From the NCBI GenBank assembly GCA_044226015.1, contig JBGAHS010000010.1:128001-192000 (forward strand): a stretch of 64,000 nucleotides of DNA, given 5' to 3'. Origin of the DNA: Candidatus Obscuribacteraceae bacterium. GTDB taxonomy: Bacteria; Cyanobacteriota; Vampirovibrionia; Obscuribacterales; Obscuribacteraceae. Below the pieces are notes generated by a model. That model saw only the letters and a list, made by a program, of their open reading frames with translations. It was not told the DNA's origin and did not search any database. Positions 48,050 to 60,000 of the stretch are shown piece by piece. Position 1 is the stretch's first letter. The number at the start of each line of letters is the position of its first letter. The position numbers and the translations under genes are program-made.

Positions 48050-51000
48050 CTAGTTCATCGCTATGTTCTCCGGATTTGTTCTGCGATATTCGCGATAGCT
48101 GCCTGAAGACTTGCGAACTTGCATGATGATCGCGGCGTTCTTCAGGACTGTGTGAACGATGTGGACATCATTTCTGTCTTTCGATTGCTTCATCGCAGCC
48201 CAGGTCTTCATACCTCCAAGTGCTGACATGATGGAGAACTCAGATGTATGAACAGCTGACGAGCCAACAAGGCTAGATGTTAGTGTGCGGTGACCGATGC
48301 AAGCTATTGGATTGACTTGATCGAACGTACCCATTTGTCCGCTCACCGTAAGGTGATGTCCCGGTGCAAGTTTGATTTCTTGCTTACCAATTGTAGTTGC
48401 GACACTGCCAGAATGGTTGTCGTGGAAATTGTAAATTGACACACCCTCTGGTTTCGCTACTACCAGTACCACTGCCCCGGCGTTCACCTTGATGCTACCG
48501 AAAGCGGTTTCGACTGTTGTGTCTTGTTTTGGCACCATCAAAACGCTTCCGCGTTGCAAGTTAAGCTTGCCAGCATTCATTCTTCCATCGACCCCGAGCT
48601 TGCCGAAGTCTCTTACAGAGCCATTCTTCATGCCTGTTGGCATTTGTGGCGCCAGCAGTGTATGCAAGCCCGCCGGCTTGAATTCAGAGCTGATTTCAAC
48701 AGTGTCGCTTGCTGGATCAACCATCAACTCTGCACTGCTGTTGGTGCGCACATTTGTCCCATCAAACAGAATGAAGTTTTCTGGAATGAAGCTGAACTCG
48801 TCTCTTGTTGCAGAAGTCGAAGGCAGGTATTGTGAGACAGCTGATTTAACCGCCTCAGCCATCTTGTTTGCCGTCGCCGCTGTCTGAGTGGCTACGTTGT
48901 TGACCCACGAGGTGAATCCATTCATCGCATTACCATTGTTGACACTGTTGTTCGTGCTGGGTGCTGCGGCGGGAGCTGCATTGGCTGGACTCACAGTAAC
49001 TGCGTTTGTTGGACTTAGCAGGCTGCCACCAACTCGAGTTGGTGCATCCAATGGAATAGGGTCTGCCTTGACTGTTGCACCGGCTCCGATTGTGATGGTT
49101 CGTCCAGCTGTTGTGGTGTCGAATATGACATCAGCACCAATTGCTTGCAAGTTTGCGGTCTTACCAGGAGTCGCAGGCTGAATATTGCCAGCGTTGGCGC
49201 CAGCAAATATGCCGCCACCATTCTTGGTGGTGATGACAAACCCTGGTAGTGAGGTGACCTGTCCAGATTTCGCAGCCAGTACGTTGGCAATTCCTATGGT
49301 TACAGAACCCTGGCTTGTATTGGTCGCCCCCTTGATGATTGTTGTTACCTGCTTACTCGCTGCTATGTTGATAGTACCGGAAGCAGTGTCTTTGTTCTGA
49401 AGGATGATATTGCCACCTGATGCCTGCACATTACCATTGATGTTCATTGCACCAGCAGCGTTGACTAAGGTGATGTTTCCAGCGCCAGTCAGCGAAGTGC
49501 TAGGTGCCTTGGTCGAAACACCAAGAGCAGTAAGTGTTCCAGTTGTCTGGAATCCGAAGGAAAGCCCAGCTGTTGAGACTCCCAATGTGACAGCAGCACC
49601 TGTGTTGCTCACATTCACCAGAGCATTGGTCAATGTCGACAATGTGATGGTTCCGCCGTTGACGGTGGTAGCCAATGGTGCGGAGGACGAACCTATGTTT
49701 GACACACCTGTGGTCTTCAGTGTCAGAGCACCTGCATTTGTTGTGATCGAGCCGCCGACACTTCCAAGGTTTGTTGCATTGAACAATGATGTGCTTACGT
49801 TGTAGCTGGAGACTGCGGTGCCCACGGGAGCTGAACTTGTTCCCACCGTAGATGTAGCGCCACCATTGATGGTGAGCAATCCATTACCGATAATTTTGGT
49901 TCCGCTTCCGGTCAGGCTGCCGCTAACATTGAATGTGATGTCGCTTGCACCAGCTACACCTGCAACTACGCCATTCAAGAGTATGTTGTTGGCACTGCCA
50001 GAGTTCGCAGTCAGTGTTATCGAACGAGCGCTTATCGAGCCAACGGTCATTTTGCTTGCAGCTGTAGCGGTTTGTGTGACCACAAAGGAGGCACCCCCAC
50101 TAGAGTTGCCCAGGGTAAGTGCTGCAGAGCTATCTGACACTGCTACTGGTCCTGAGGAGTTTATGGTCAGGAGTGGAGCATTCGTTGCAGTTGCCAGTGA
50201 CACACCTTGCGTTCCTGCATTTATTGTCAACGATTTAGCTGCTTTGATGTCGCCAGATGTTTGGGTGACATCACCTTTGCCCGAAGCTGTCAATGTCACA
50301 ATTCCGTTTGTTGTGGTTATGAGCTTGAATGCACCGAGATGAACTGAACCGCTAGTCGCGTCAGTTGCGGCAAGGTTGATGCTAGTGGTGGCATTGATGT
50401 CACCCCCTAAGGTTATCGCAGCGGTGCTGTCTTGTGCCTTGCTGACGAGACTGAAAATAGTTCCCTTTGAGGCAAGCAATGTACCGACGGAGTTGTTCTG
50501 TAAGTAAACTGCGTTTGTCGTGTTTGCGCTCAGGTTGGAAGCTGCCACCACTATGGGGCTCTTCGTAGCTCCGATCGCTCCAGTACCAGAAACTAAGGTT
50601 ACCTTGTTGGCAGTTACCACTCCCTTATTAAGGACGGATGTGATAGTTCCTGTACCTGAGGCATTTAATGCTGCGTTGCCAGATTCGTTAATAGCAGAAC
50701 CAATAACGATGCTTCCCTTGCCTGGGTCAGTCATATTTATTGTTAGGTTTGTACCGCTGATGTTGCCAGTTGTCGTGACGACTCCTGATTTCGCATTGTT
50801 GTTAACAACCAGGTCGGTAACTGTAGAGTTGCCCAGGCTGAATGAAGCCGTGGCGTTGAGTGTGAGAGTTCCTGGGAAAGAAAGTGAGACAGTTTTTGCA
50901 CTCGTATTGACGGTCGCCGGCACGCCGAACCCACCGGCTCCTGCACCTAGAGTCAAAGCAGTGACAGTAGGTCCGAATGTGAGACCAGATAAGCCGGTGA

Positions 51001-54000
51001 TGCCACCATTGGAGCCACCAGCCGTTAAGGTGAAGGTGGCTGGCAGCACCGCCGGCAGATTTGAACCTACTGCGATGTTACCCGTAGTGAGGCTTCCGAC
51101 AGTTGAAATTGTCAGAGCACTCTTCGGGTTGAGGGCTCCGTTGAGAGTGACAGTACCGCCCTTGATGCTGACGATTGTGCCGCCAGATACGGTGCCCGTG
51201 TTCACCGCGCCACCAACATTGATGGTCAGGTTTTTCACGCCCATCGTGATTGTTTGACCTGTGCTGGTGAAAGAGGCGGATGTCTGATTAGCGGACACGA
51301 ATGATAGGTTCAATTTGCTTGAGTCAATATTGCTTCCTACCGTCATCGTACCGGTATTGTTGCCATCCCCAATTTGTAGTGTTCCTGCGGTGATGGCGGC
51401 TATGTTTGCAGGGCTTACGTTGAAAGCCGCTGCGCCACCCAGAGATATTGCCTGGTTGAAAGTAGATGGAGATAAAGTGACTGTGCTTGAGCCAGCAGCC
51501 ACTTTTCCATTTAGTTGCAGCTGACCTCCAGAAGAAGGTACTTCCAGGGTAATCGGTGAGTTGCTAGAACTTATGGTTGTGCCTAGATTCTGAGAGAAAT
51601 TCGGTAACGAGTTTATCGTCACGCCCTTGCTGCCTGAAATGTTAGCTCCTACACTCGTATTTTCGGTGAGCACTGACGATGAGTTTGTCAGGACGATTGA
51701 ACCGCCCGTCGAACTCAGCGCACCATTTATAGTGACTTTGTTTGAACTCGACGACCAGTTTATGCCACCAGTTGATGCAACGGTTGACCCTGAATTCACC
51801 GTAATACCATTAGTAGCGGTAAGCGAAAATAGTCCAGCTGTATTGGTTACCGCAGCCTTCACTAGAGAGTTGGTGCCAAACTGCACCGCGGCTGCGCTGA
51901 CGTTTATGCCCGTGCCGGCCGTTTTCAGAGCTCCGCTTCCAAGAATGAAGTCGCCATCATTGGTGATTGCAGAGAACCCTTTAGAAGCAGTTATTGTGGA
52001 TGTTATGTTGATGGGTGCTTGTTTTACACTGTTATTGATATTTATAGTTCCAGCACTAGCTGTGATGGCGCCATTAATGATGGTGCTTCCCTGAACGTTG
52101 AAGGTCAAACTGCCGGACGTAGTTATCGCTCCCTTTCCTGCAAGTGCAGCTCCAGTTGTTGGGTCAATGTTTATTCCGAATGTCGAACCCTGGTTGCTGC
52201 TTACATTGAACGCTAATGGTTGTGTGCTTCCTGTAAGAATCAACGGGCTGTTAATTACAACATTGTTTGATGTGCTTGAGTCGCTGATATTTACATTAAT
52301 AGGATTGACCGATTGGAAATTGGTGAGGGTTACGCTTAGTGGCAATGCTGGATTCGGTATGTTCAATGCGGACAAACGCGAACTCAGGTTAATCGGGTAG
52401 AGAATCATCGTTCCTCCCGTCACTGCAAAAACGTTGTTGTTTTTGGTGAAGGTCAATGCCCCGCCGATGACCCCGCTGGTTTGCTGAGCCGTGATTGTTT
52501 GAATCGTACTTGAATCAGTCAAATCGAGGCTCGAAATAGGAGTGCTGTTTGAAGCCCCTAGCTGCGTGCCACCACCGAGGGTGATTGAGTTCTTGTTACC
52601 GCCAGTAACACCACCGCTCTGGAATGCAACTTGTAATGGCGTTGTACCGAGCGCAAAAATCGTGTTCTGAGGTCCTTGAGCTGTTATGCCTGCCGTTCCA
52701 AACGCGATGAAGTTTGCAGGCTTTGTGGTTGGAGAAATAACTGTGAATACGTTGGCAGGATTCGAACCTTGAACAGCTGGTACCGGTGATTTCTGGAACC
52801 AGGTTGGCAGTCCAATTGAAACGGACAGTCCATATTGTCCGCCATTGTGCGCAAATATTTGGGAATTCGAGCCAATGCTGATTAGTCCTGAGGTATTGTC
52901 ATTCTCAAGTATTATTCTTCCGGAATAGGTGTTTATGGTCGTTGAGGAATTGACAACCAGGTTTCCGCTCAGGGTTGAGCCCACCCAGGCTGTGATTGCA
53001 CAATTGGTGCAGTTCGGGTTAGGAGATGAACCAGAGTACTTTCCACTCGCTAACAAATTTCCAGTGATGGTGAGATTGCCAGCGCCGGTGCTGCCGACGC
53101 CGTTAGTCTTCAGGAAGATGTTTCCTGCCGTTATGTTACTTGGGGTAGAGAAGGTGTTGGCTGTCATTGTGACAATACCATCACCTGCACCAGTTGTGGT
53201 GACAGCATCAGCCCCTGGCAATCCGAAGGCGTCTTTCTCGCCTTGGACGGCTGGTACGTACGAGGTATTTGCTGATGCGCCTCCAGACCCACCATTTGCA
53301 AAAGTACCGCCGATAGCAGACGGTAGAAGTGTCGTTGTTCCGCTGGAAAGCAATCCACTGTCTGTGTAGTAGTGTCCACCGAAGCCGCCGACATTTCCAC
53401 TGCCGCTAGTTGCTGTTGAAAAATAGGGTAACCCATTTGTCGGCGAGGTTAGTGATTCATTTGGCGCCCCACCGAAGACACCGGCAGCATATACTCCAGA
53501 AGCTTGGCTCTTGTTTCCGAGTATTGGAAGGTAGGCTCCACCTCCCCATCCGCCGAAACCTGACTGTTGCTGAGGGATAGCGGCTGTCGATGCGATGTTC
53601 TGGGTGTCGCCACCGCCGCCACCGTATGTACCACCACCGCCAGCGCCTCCGAGTCCTGAGAAGTTCGCGGAAGTTGGCTCAAGTACACCGGCGCCTCCGC
53701 CGCCACCACCAGCGCCGTAGCTGCCACCGCCGCCACCGCCTGACCCACCATATATGCCTGATTTAGAGTTGGTCATGCCGGTTCCACCATTGCCACCTCG
53801 CCCGCCTGCGACGGCGAAGATATCACCGGCTACTTGAATGGTTGTTCCGAGTTGATTACCTCCTGTGACTGTGATGTCACCAGCGGAGCCTCCGGAGCCT
53901 CCAGTGCCTCCGGCACCATGTTCGGTGATACCAGAACCGCCGACACCTCCGCCGCCTCCTCCGCCGCCTCCTCCGGAGGAATTGATACCTCCGTTGACGA

Positions 54001-57000
54001 GAACATAACCATTTGATTGAATCGCCACTACTCCACCTGCGCCGCCATTGCCTCCGTTGCCTCCAACAAGGAGCCCACCTGCAAACGGTGCTCCAGTGCC
54101 ACCACCACCTCCTCCTCCAAAAGACTGAACTCCTCCGTTTACGCTTACTCCCAGGTTGCCATTAACATAGACAGCTCCACCGGCACCACCTGCGTAACCG
54201 TTGAGACCTGTACTGCCTGGCGCAGGCTGATAGGGGGGCGCGATGTTCGTGGTGACCGGAGTAGAACCCGAAAGTCCTATAGATACTAGCTCTTGCGTGC
54301 TCACAAAACCGCCCGCTACGATTGATATACCGGATTGAGTGAGCCCGATCTCCGACACCTTGTTATTGACTGCGCTTCCCGCGCCAGAGGCGGATACTTT
54401 CTGGGTCGAAATTGATCCGTTTGGGAGATTCCCTGTGAAAAATTTAGTGGAGTAATCACCAGTGTTTATGCCAATAGACACTGGTGCTACTACGCTTCCG
54501 GCCGGAGTAGCTGTCGCAATGTTAACGCTGCCGACTCCTCCGTAGACATTCCCTGTCGAGATGGTTACGTCCGCAGTTGGTCCGCCGGATGCCTCACCAA
54601 CGATAGCGATCCCAAAAGACCCCCGAGCCGAGGTATCTGTGCCTGAAGGGCTGTATGCTCCTATTGTTGAGCTAGACGGAATTGTAATTGTTCCGCCGAT
54701 GAGACCTGCAACTGTATTCGAATACGCAACAACCGCGATGTCTCCGCCAAATCGACTTCTGTCCGTCTGCGTGTTGAAAGAGTTGTTATCCGTTATAAGT
54801 GGTAGGGATATGTCTCCGCCAATTCCTGAACGGCCGAGAACAGACACGCTGTTGCTAGCCATGGTGGCAGTAGCGCCAGCCAACAGGAAGATACTGCCTC
54901 CGCCACCAGGAATGGGGCTCGTCCCTGAGCGTTCTGTAGCCGTGAGGCTGGCCTTCACACCTGTGGTGCTTATACTTCCAGCGGCTGCTAAGAAGATGTT
55001 ACCGTAAGGCGTGTCTATAGCATTTGTAAAGGTAATTGAGCCCTGGTTTTGTGAAAATGGTGTCGAAATTAGCACCATGTTTCCAGTTGAGTTATTACCA
55101 GGTGATACTCCAGTGTATATTATTTTCGTCGTGCTTATATTGTCCAGGTACAAGTTACCGTTGGCTTGTATAGCAAAACTTCCCGCTGCGGAATCGTGGA
55201 AGCTGACTCCATCGCCTCTGCCCTGAATATTGAGTGGACGTCCAGGGTTGTTAGTGAAGTCGCCTACGGCACCGTTTGAATTGATTTGAAGATTATTTGT
55301 GAAAATCGGCAGCAAGGTGCTGGAGTTATAGGCGATCGTGCCTCCGGGTCCGGTTCCTGGAGTCGCGCCACCGACAGAGTCAAGGTATACTTGCGAGGCC
55401 GAAATTGTTCCCTGTAAGCTTATGTTCTGAGGGATGGTGGCGCTGAATTTTGCTGGGGTTACAATTGTTCCCAAATTCAAGGCTGAAGCCTGAAGTGATG
55501 TGCTAGTTATACTTATGTTGCCGGGTGAGACAGCCGTCATGGCGTTTTGGAATCTATTAGAGTTTCCGCCTATCGTGACGCTAGTTCCAAAAAATGCCAG
55601 TGTTACTGTCGAAATACTTGAAGCTGACGCTGAATTGTTCCAGGTAAGTCCGCTAGGACTGAGTGAGACAATTGGAACTATCAATCGAGAGTCACCAGTA
55701 ATTGCCAGGTCCGTTGCCGGATTGTTTATGCTGGTGAATCCGCCTGCACTATAAAATACTGGTTTGATATTGCTTGGACCTTGCGTCTCTTGGATGCTAG
55801 ATGGCGCCCCGCTCGAGAATGCTAAAGTGGTTGTAGGCAAACCGGGCAAAGCACCTGGAGCTGTCGAGTAAAATGCGGGAAGATTGCTTGAATTCAGAGA
55901 CACGCTAATGTTGCTGGTAGAGGCGCTGTTGAAGGTTGCTGCTCCTTTTCCAGTTGCTGCATTGTTGATTCCAATAGAAGTAAGAACACTTCCTGTGTAA
56001 CTAAGGCTGGTGATGAATGTGCCTGCAGGTACTCCAGCGCCTGAGACAGTCATTCCCAACGCGAGTTGCGTTGGAGCGCTGGATATGGCGATGGTTTTGT
56101 CACCAATATTCGCGATGCTGCCGTCGAATTTCGAAGCTACTGTGTTGTTGAAAAATCCGAATAGATTGCCTTGATTCGAACCTGACCCGGTACTAGCATC
56201 CACGGCCGCTACAATTGTAGTACCAGAAGCCGCACCGGCAGATAGGAATGCGTAACCAGCTCTACCTAGAGAAAGAGCAGCTTTCATGGAAATGTTTGTG
56301 ACGCTGATGCCGCCTGGGGTCGATATCATGACTGACCCGGCATCACCAGAAGCTACGGACGAGTTTTGGTCCGTGTTGATCAAGGTTCCACTGATGGCGC
56401 CAGAGGTACCTATCGATACAATTTCTACGTCTCCTCCAGCGCCTGTGTTGTTTATGCCATTGTTGGTGCTTCCGCCTTTAGTGGAGATGGTGCCGAAACT
56501 GACGTTGCCTGTACCTAATGTGGTGTCTCCCGCGAAGAGGATGACGGTGCCTCCGTTAGCGCCCGATCCTGAAGTTGCTGAAGTGCTGTCACCCGTGGTG
56601 ATGTCGACAACGTTAATGTCTGCGGGTGTGAGTATAGCCACGTTGCCACCTACTCCTGTGACAGGCTTCGCGCCGACCCCAGGGTCTGTGATGGTGAATC
56701 CTTGCGTTGAGATGTTTCCAGTGACTCTTATACTGGTATTGCTCGTAGCCTTGTCTAAGCCGGAAGTCAAATAGACAGCTCCACCTGAACCACCGAGAGT
56801 AGAGTTTGCATGTGTATCAATGCTGGCTAAGTCGATTGCAAATGTACTATTGTTTGAACCAGCATTGACTGTTACAGAGCCACCGTTTGTTGCGAGATTT
56901 CCAGCCTTGACACCACCACTAACGTAGGACGTACCGGTAGCATTTCCAGAAAGTACGTTGCCTGAGAGGTCGTTTATGACCAGTGGCTGTCCTGCAGTTG

Positions 57001-60000
57001 CCCCGGGGGAGGCGGTCGAGAGTATTATGGTGCCTGTGCCATTAACTGTTCCATTAGTGTCGATGTTCTGAATATTTATCGTAGGTCCGGAACTGTTTGG
57101 ACCCTCTGCCACAACGATGACATTACCGCTGCCGCCAATGTACGTTGTTATTTTAGTAGAGGAATTAAATATTCCATTGAAGTAAGAACCTGTCGAGATG
57201 TCACCTGTTAGAGTGACTTTGCCGGTACCAGCTGCGGTGCCATACGCCAACATTGTAACTGCGCCGCCAGAACCAGTAACGTTTGAGAAAAGACCAGAAA
57301 AGGTTGTGTCAATAACCGTTGAGCTTCCGCTGGTTAGTGTTATGTTGCCACCAAAACCTGATGAACCATTGATTGAAATAGTGGGTGCTGTACCGATTTT
57401 TCCGGTCGTTGCTGATGCGCCAGCCACCAGAATAACGTTACCGCCGTTTCCGTTTTGGTTTGTGATTGAACCACTGGAATCTATCTCAAGTCCGGTAAAC
57501 GTCGATGAAATATTTCCGCTGGCAATCATTTCGACTGCACCACCGAAGATGCCGGTAGTGCTGACATTCTTAAAGGTGATATTGCCTTTCTGAGAGCTAC
57601 TACCTGCCAGTAGTGTGACGGAGCCGCCGCCGGCACCGGAGCCAGAAGTTCCAGTTGTAACTGTGCTAGCTGACAAATTCAAATTAGTTCCCGCAATGAT
57701 GCGCACCTCTCCACCGGTCGCTGCAGAGCTGTAGCCCGTGGTCGTGATATTGCCACCGATTACGATGTCTTCGTTTACATTCGCGCCAAGAATGCCTGAG
57801 GTGATAATCACATTACCGCCAGAACTCGATGCAGCGGTGACCCCACCCGGTCCAAGTGTTGAGGACCCTGTGGAGATAGACCCGGTGCTGATAGCCGTCG
57901 CGGCTGATATGTTGCGTCCCGCAGTGATCGTTACGTTACCGCCGGTAGAGCCGGTAGCGACGATGTTCGCACCGGTGGTGGAGATGTTGCCGACACTGAC
58001 TGCTCCGGTGATGTTTGCTCCGCTATTTGGGTCTCCTGATTGCAGGGCACCGCTGGCGGTGAAAGCCAGATTGCTGCCAACCTGACCAGTCTTTATCGTG
58101 ATGTCACCGCCGCCGGCTTGGGTTCCGTTGGTAGTGTCCATGTTTTGAAGAACTATGGTCACAGGGTTGGTAGCATTTGTAATTTCACCAGCAGAGACGA
58201 ACACGTTACCGCTCTTCCCGACTGAGGCGGGAAGCTGACCCCCTTCTGCCTCGATTGAGCCGGCGATGCTTATTCGGCCTGCTGTGTTGCTAACTCCGCC
58301 AGCAGCCAGAGTAATGTTGCCTGCATTGCCTGCAATGTTGTTCGCTCCAACTGAACTTCTGATTGCAGTTGCCTGACCGCTGAACAGAAGATCGCCGCCG
58401 CTTGAAGATACCGTGGTGGTGCTGAGTGTACCATCGCTATTCAGTGTCGATTTGACACCTGCCAGGACAATGATGTTGCCTGCTGAACCGGTGGTTTCAC
58501 CACCCGAATTGATATTGTATTGACTAGCGCCAAGTGAGGCGGCGTTCGAGGTGATCGAACCAGATGCCACCACTTCAACCAGACCGCCAGATGTGCCCGT
58601 AGCTGAAATTCCTGTAAATGTAATGGCTTTCGAGCCAGTGCCTCCGGCGTTTAGAATGACGTTACCTGCAGCGCCTGTTGGACTGACAGAATGGTCGCTG
58701 CTGTCGATAGCTTGCAAAGACAAGGTTCCTGGACTTGCTACCGTGACATTACCACCGTGAATTAAGCTGGTAGTTGTTATGTTTCCTGTGACGGTGATGT
58801 TTGATCCTGTTGTGTTCGTGGCTGTCAGAGACACGTTGCCCGCGGCTTTTGTCGTGCTCGAAGTGTCGATAGCACCTGTCACGGTAATTGCAGCTCCAGC
58901 GTTGGCGTTGCCGCCTGCAGCGATCGTGACATTGCCTCCGCTCGTAGTGAGCGCCCCTGTCGTTACAGCTCCATTAACAGGAGTTCCACCTATAAAGGAT
59001 CCTGACTTTACAGTTCCGAGTGTAGTGTCGATGGTGATAGCTTTTGCAGCGGTATTTGGGGTGCTTGTGTATACACCGATTGAGCCCGTTCCTGACGCAC
59101 CACCAGCGGTGTTAATGTTGCCCAACTGCACAGTTATCGGTGTTCCAACTGTACTTTGTGCGCCTGCTACTACGAGTACATCACCATTCTTGCCTGTGCC
59201 GTTGCCGGCGGTTTTGATTGTCGTAGTCGAGCCTAACAAGACATGACCTCCAACGGTCGCATCGTTAGGGTTAGCAAAAGCAAACAGAGTTACATTGCCA
59301 CCAGCTGAATTGAGTTTGCTGGAACTGCTATCGATTATGGTGCCCTTCAGGTTGCTGAGCAAAATGTCGCCGCCAGTCTTTGATGGACCCAGAATGCTCG
59401 GAGACTTGTAGTTGACACCGGCGCCGAGCATCACCGTGCCCCCAGCTTTCGCATTTGAGGAGGTGTTGATCGTGAATGTATCGGTGTTAGACGTGATGTT
59501 GCCGCCAGCTAGAATGACGTATTCAGTTCCAGACAGAGCTGCGGTTTGTGAGATGTCGATATTTCCAGTGTTCGAAATGAGAGGGTCGCCTGAAACATCC
59601 CAAACACCCAGGCTGAGGTTCTCAGTCTCGGACCAGAAATGCGCTTCGCAACCGCTGACGTTAACGGTACCTGTCACATCGCCTACGTTGACCTCAATGT
59701 TTGAGCCTTTGAGGTTCAATGCTTGTGAAAGGTAATTTCCATCCTTCATGTTCAAGTTGTTGCTCAGGCTCGAACCTACATTAATGGAGCCCATTAGCGC
59801 TGAAAGTGTGCCACCAAGTCCATCTACTGAAGTAGCCGTTGATGCTGTTGCACTTGCGATGTTGATATTGCCTGTCGATGCCGTGATGTTTCCGCTGTTG
59901 ATGTAATTTCCAATGGCGGAATTCAAATTGACATTGTTATTTGCGAGCAAGTTGCCCGAGTTATTAATGGTTCCACCTGCGTTCAAAGTCAGGTTGCCAC

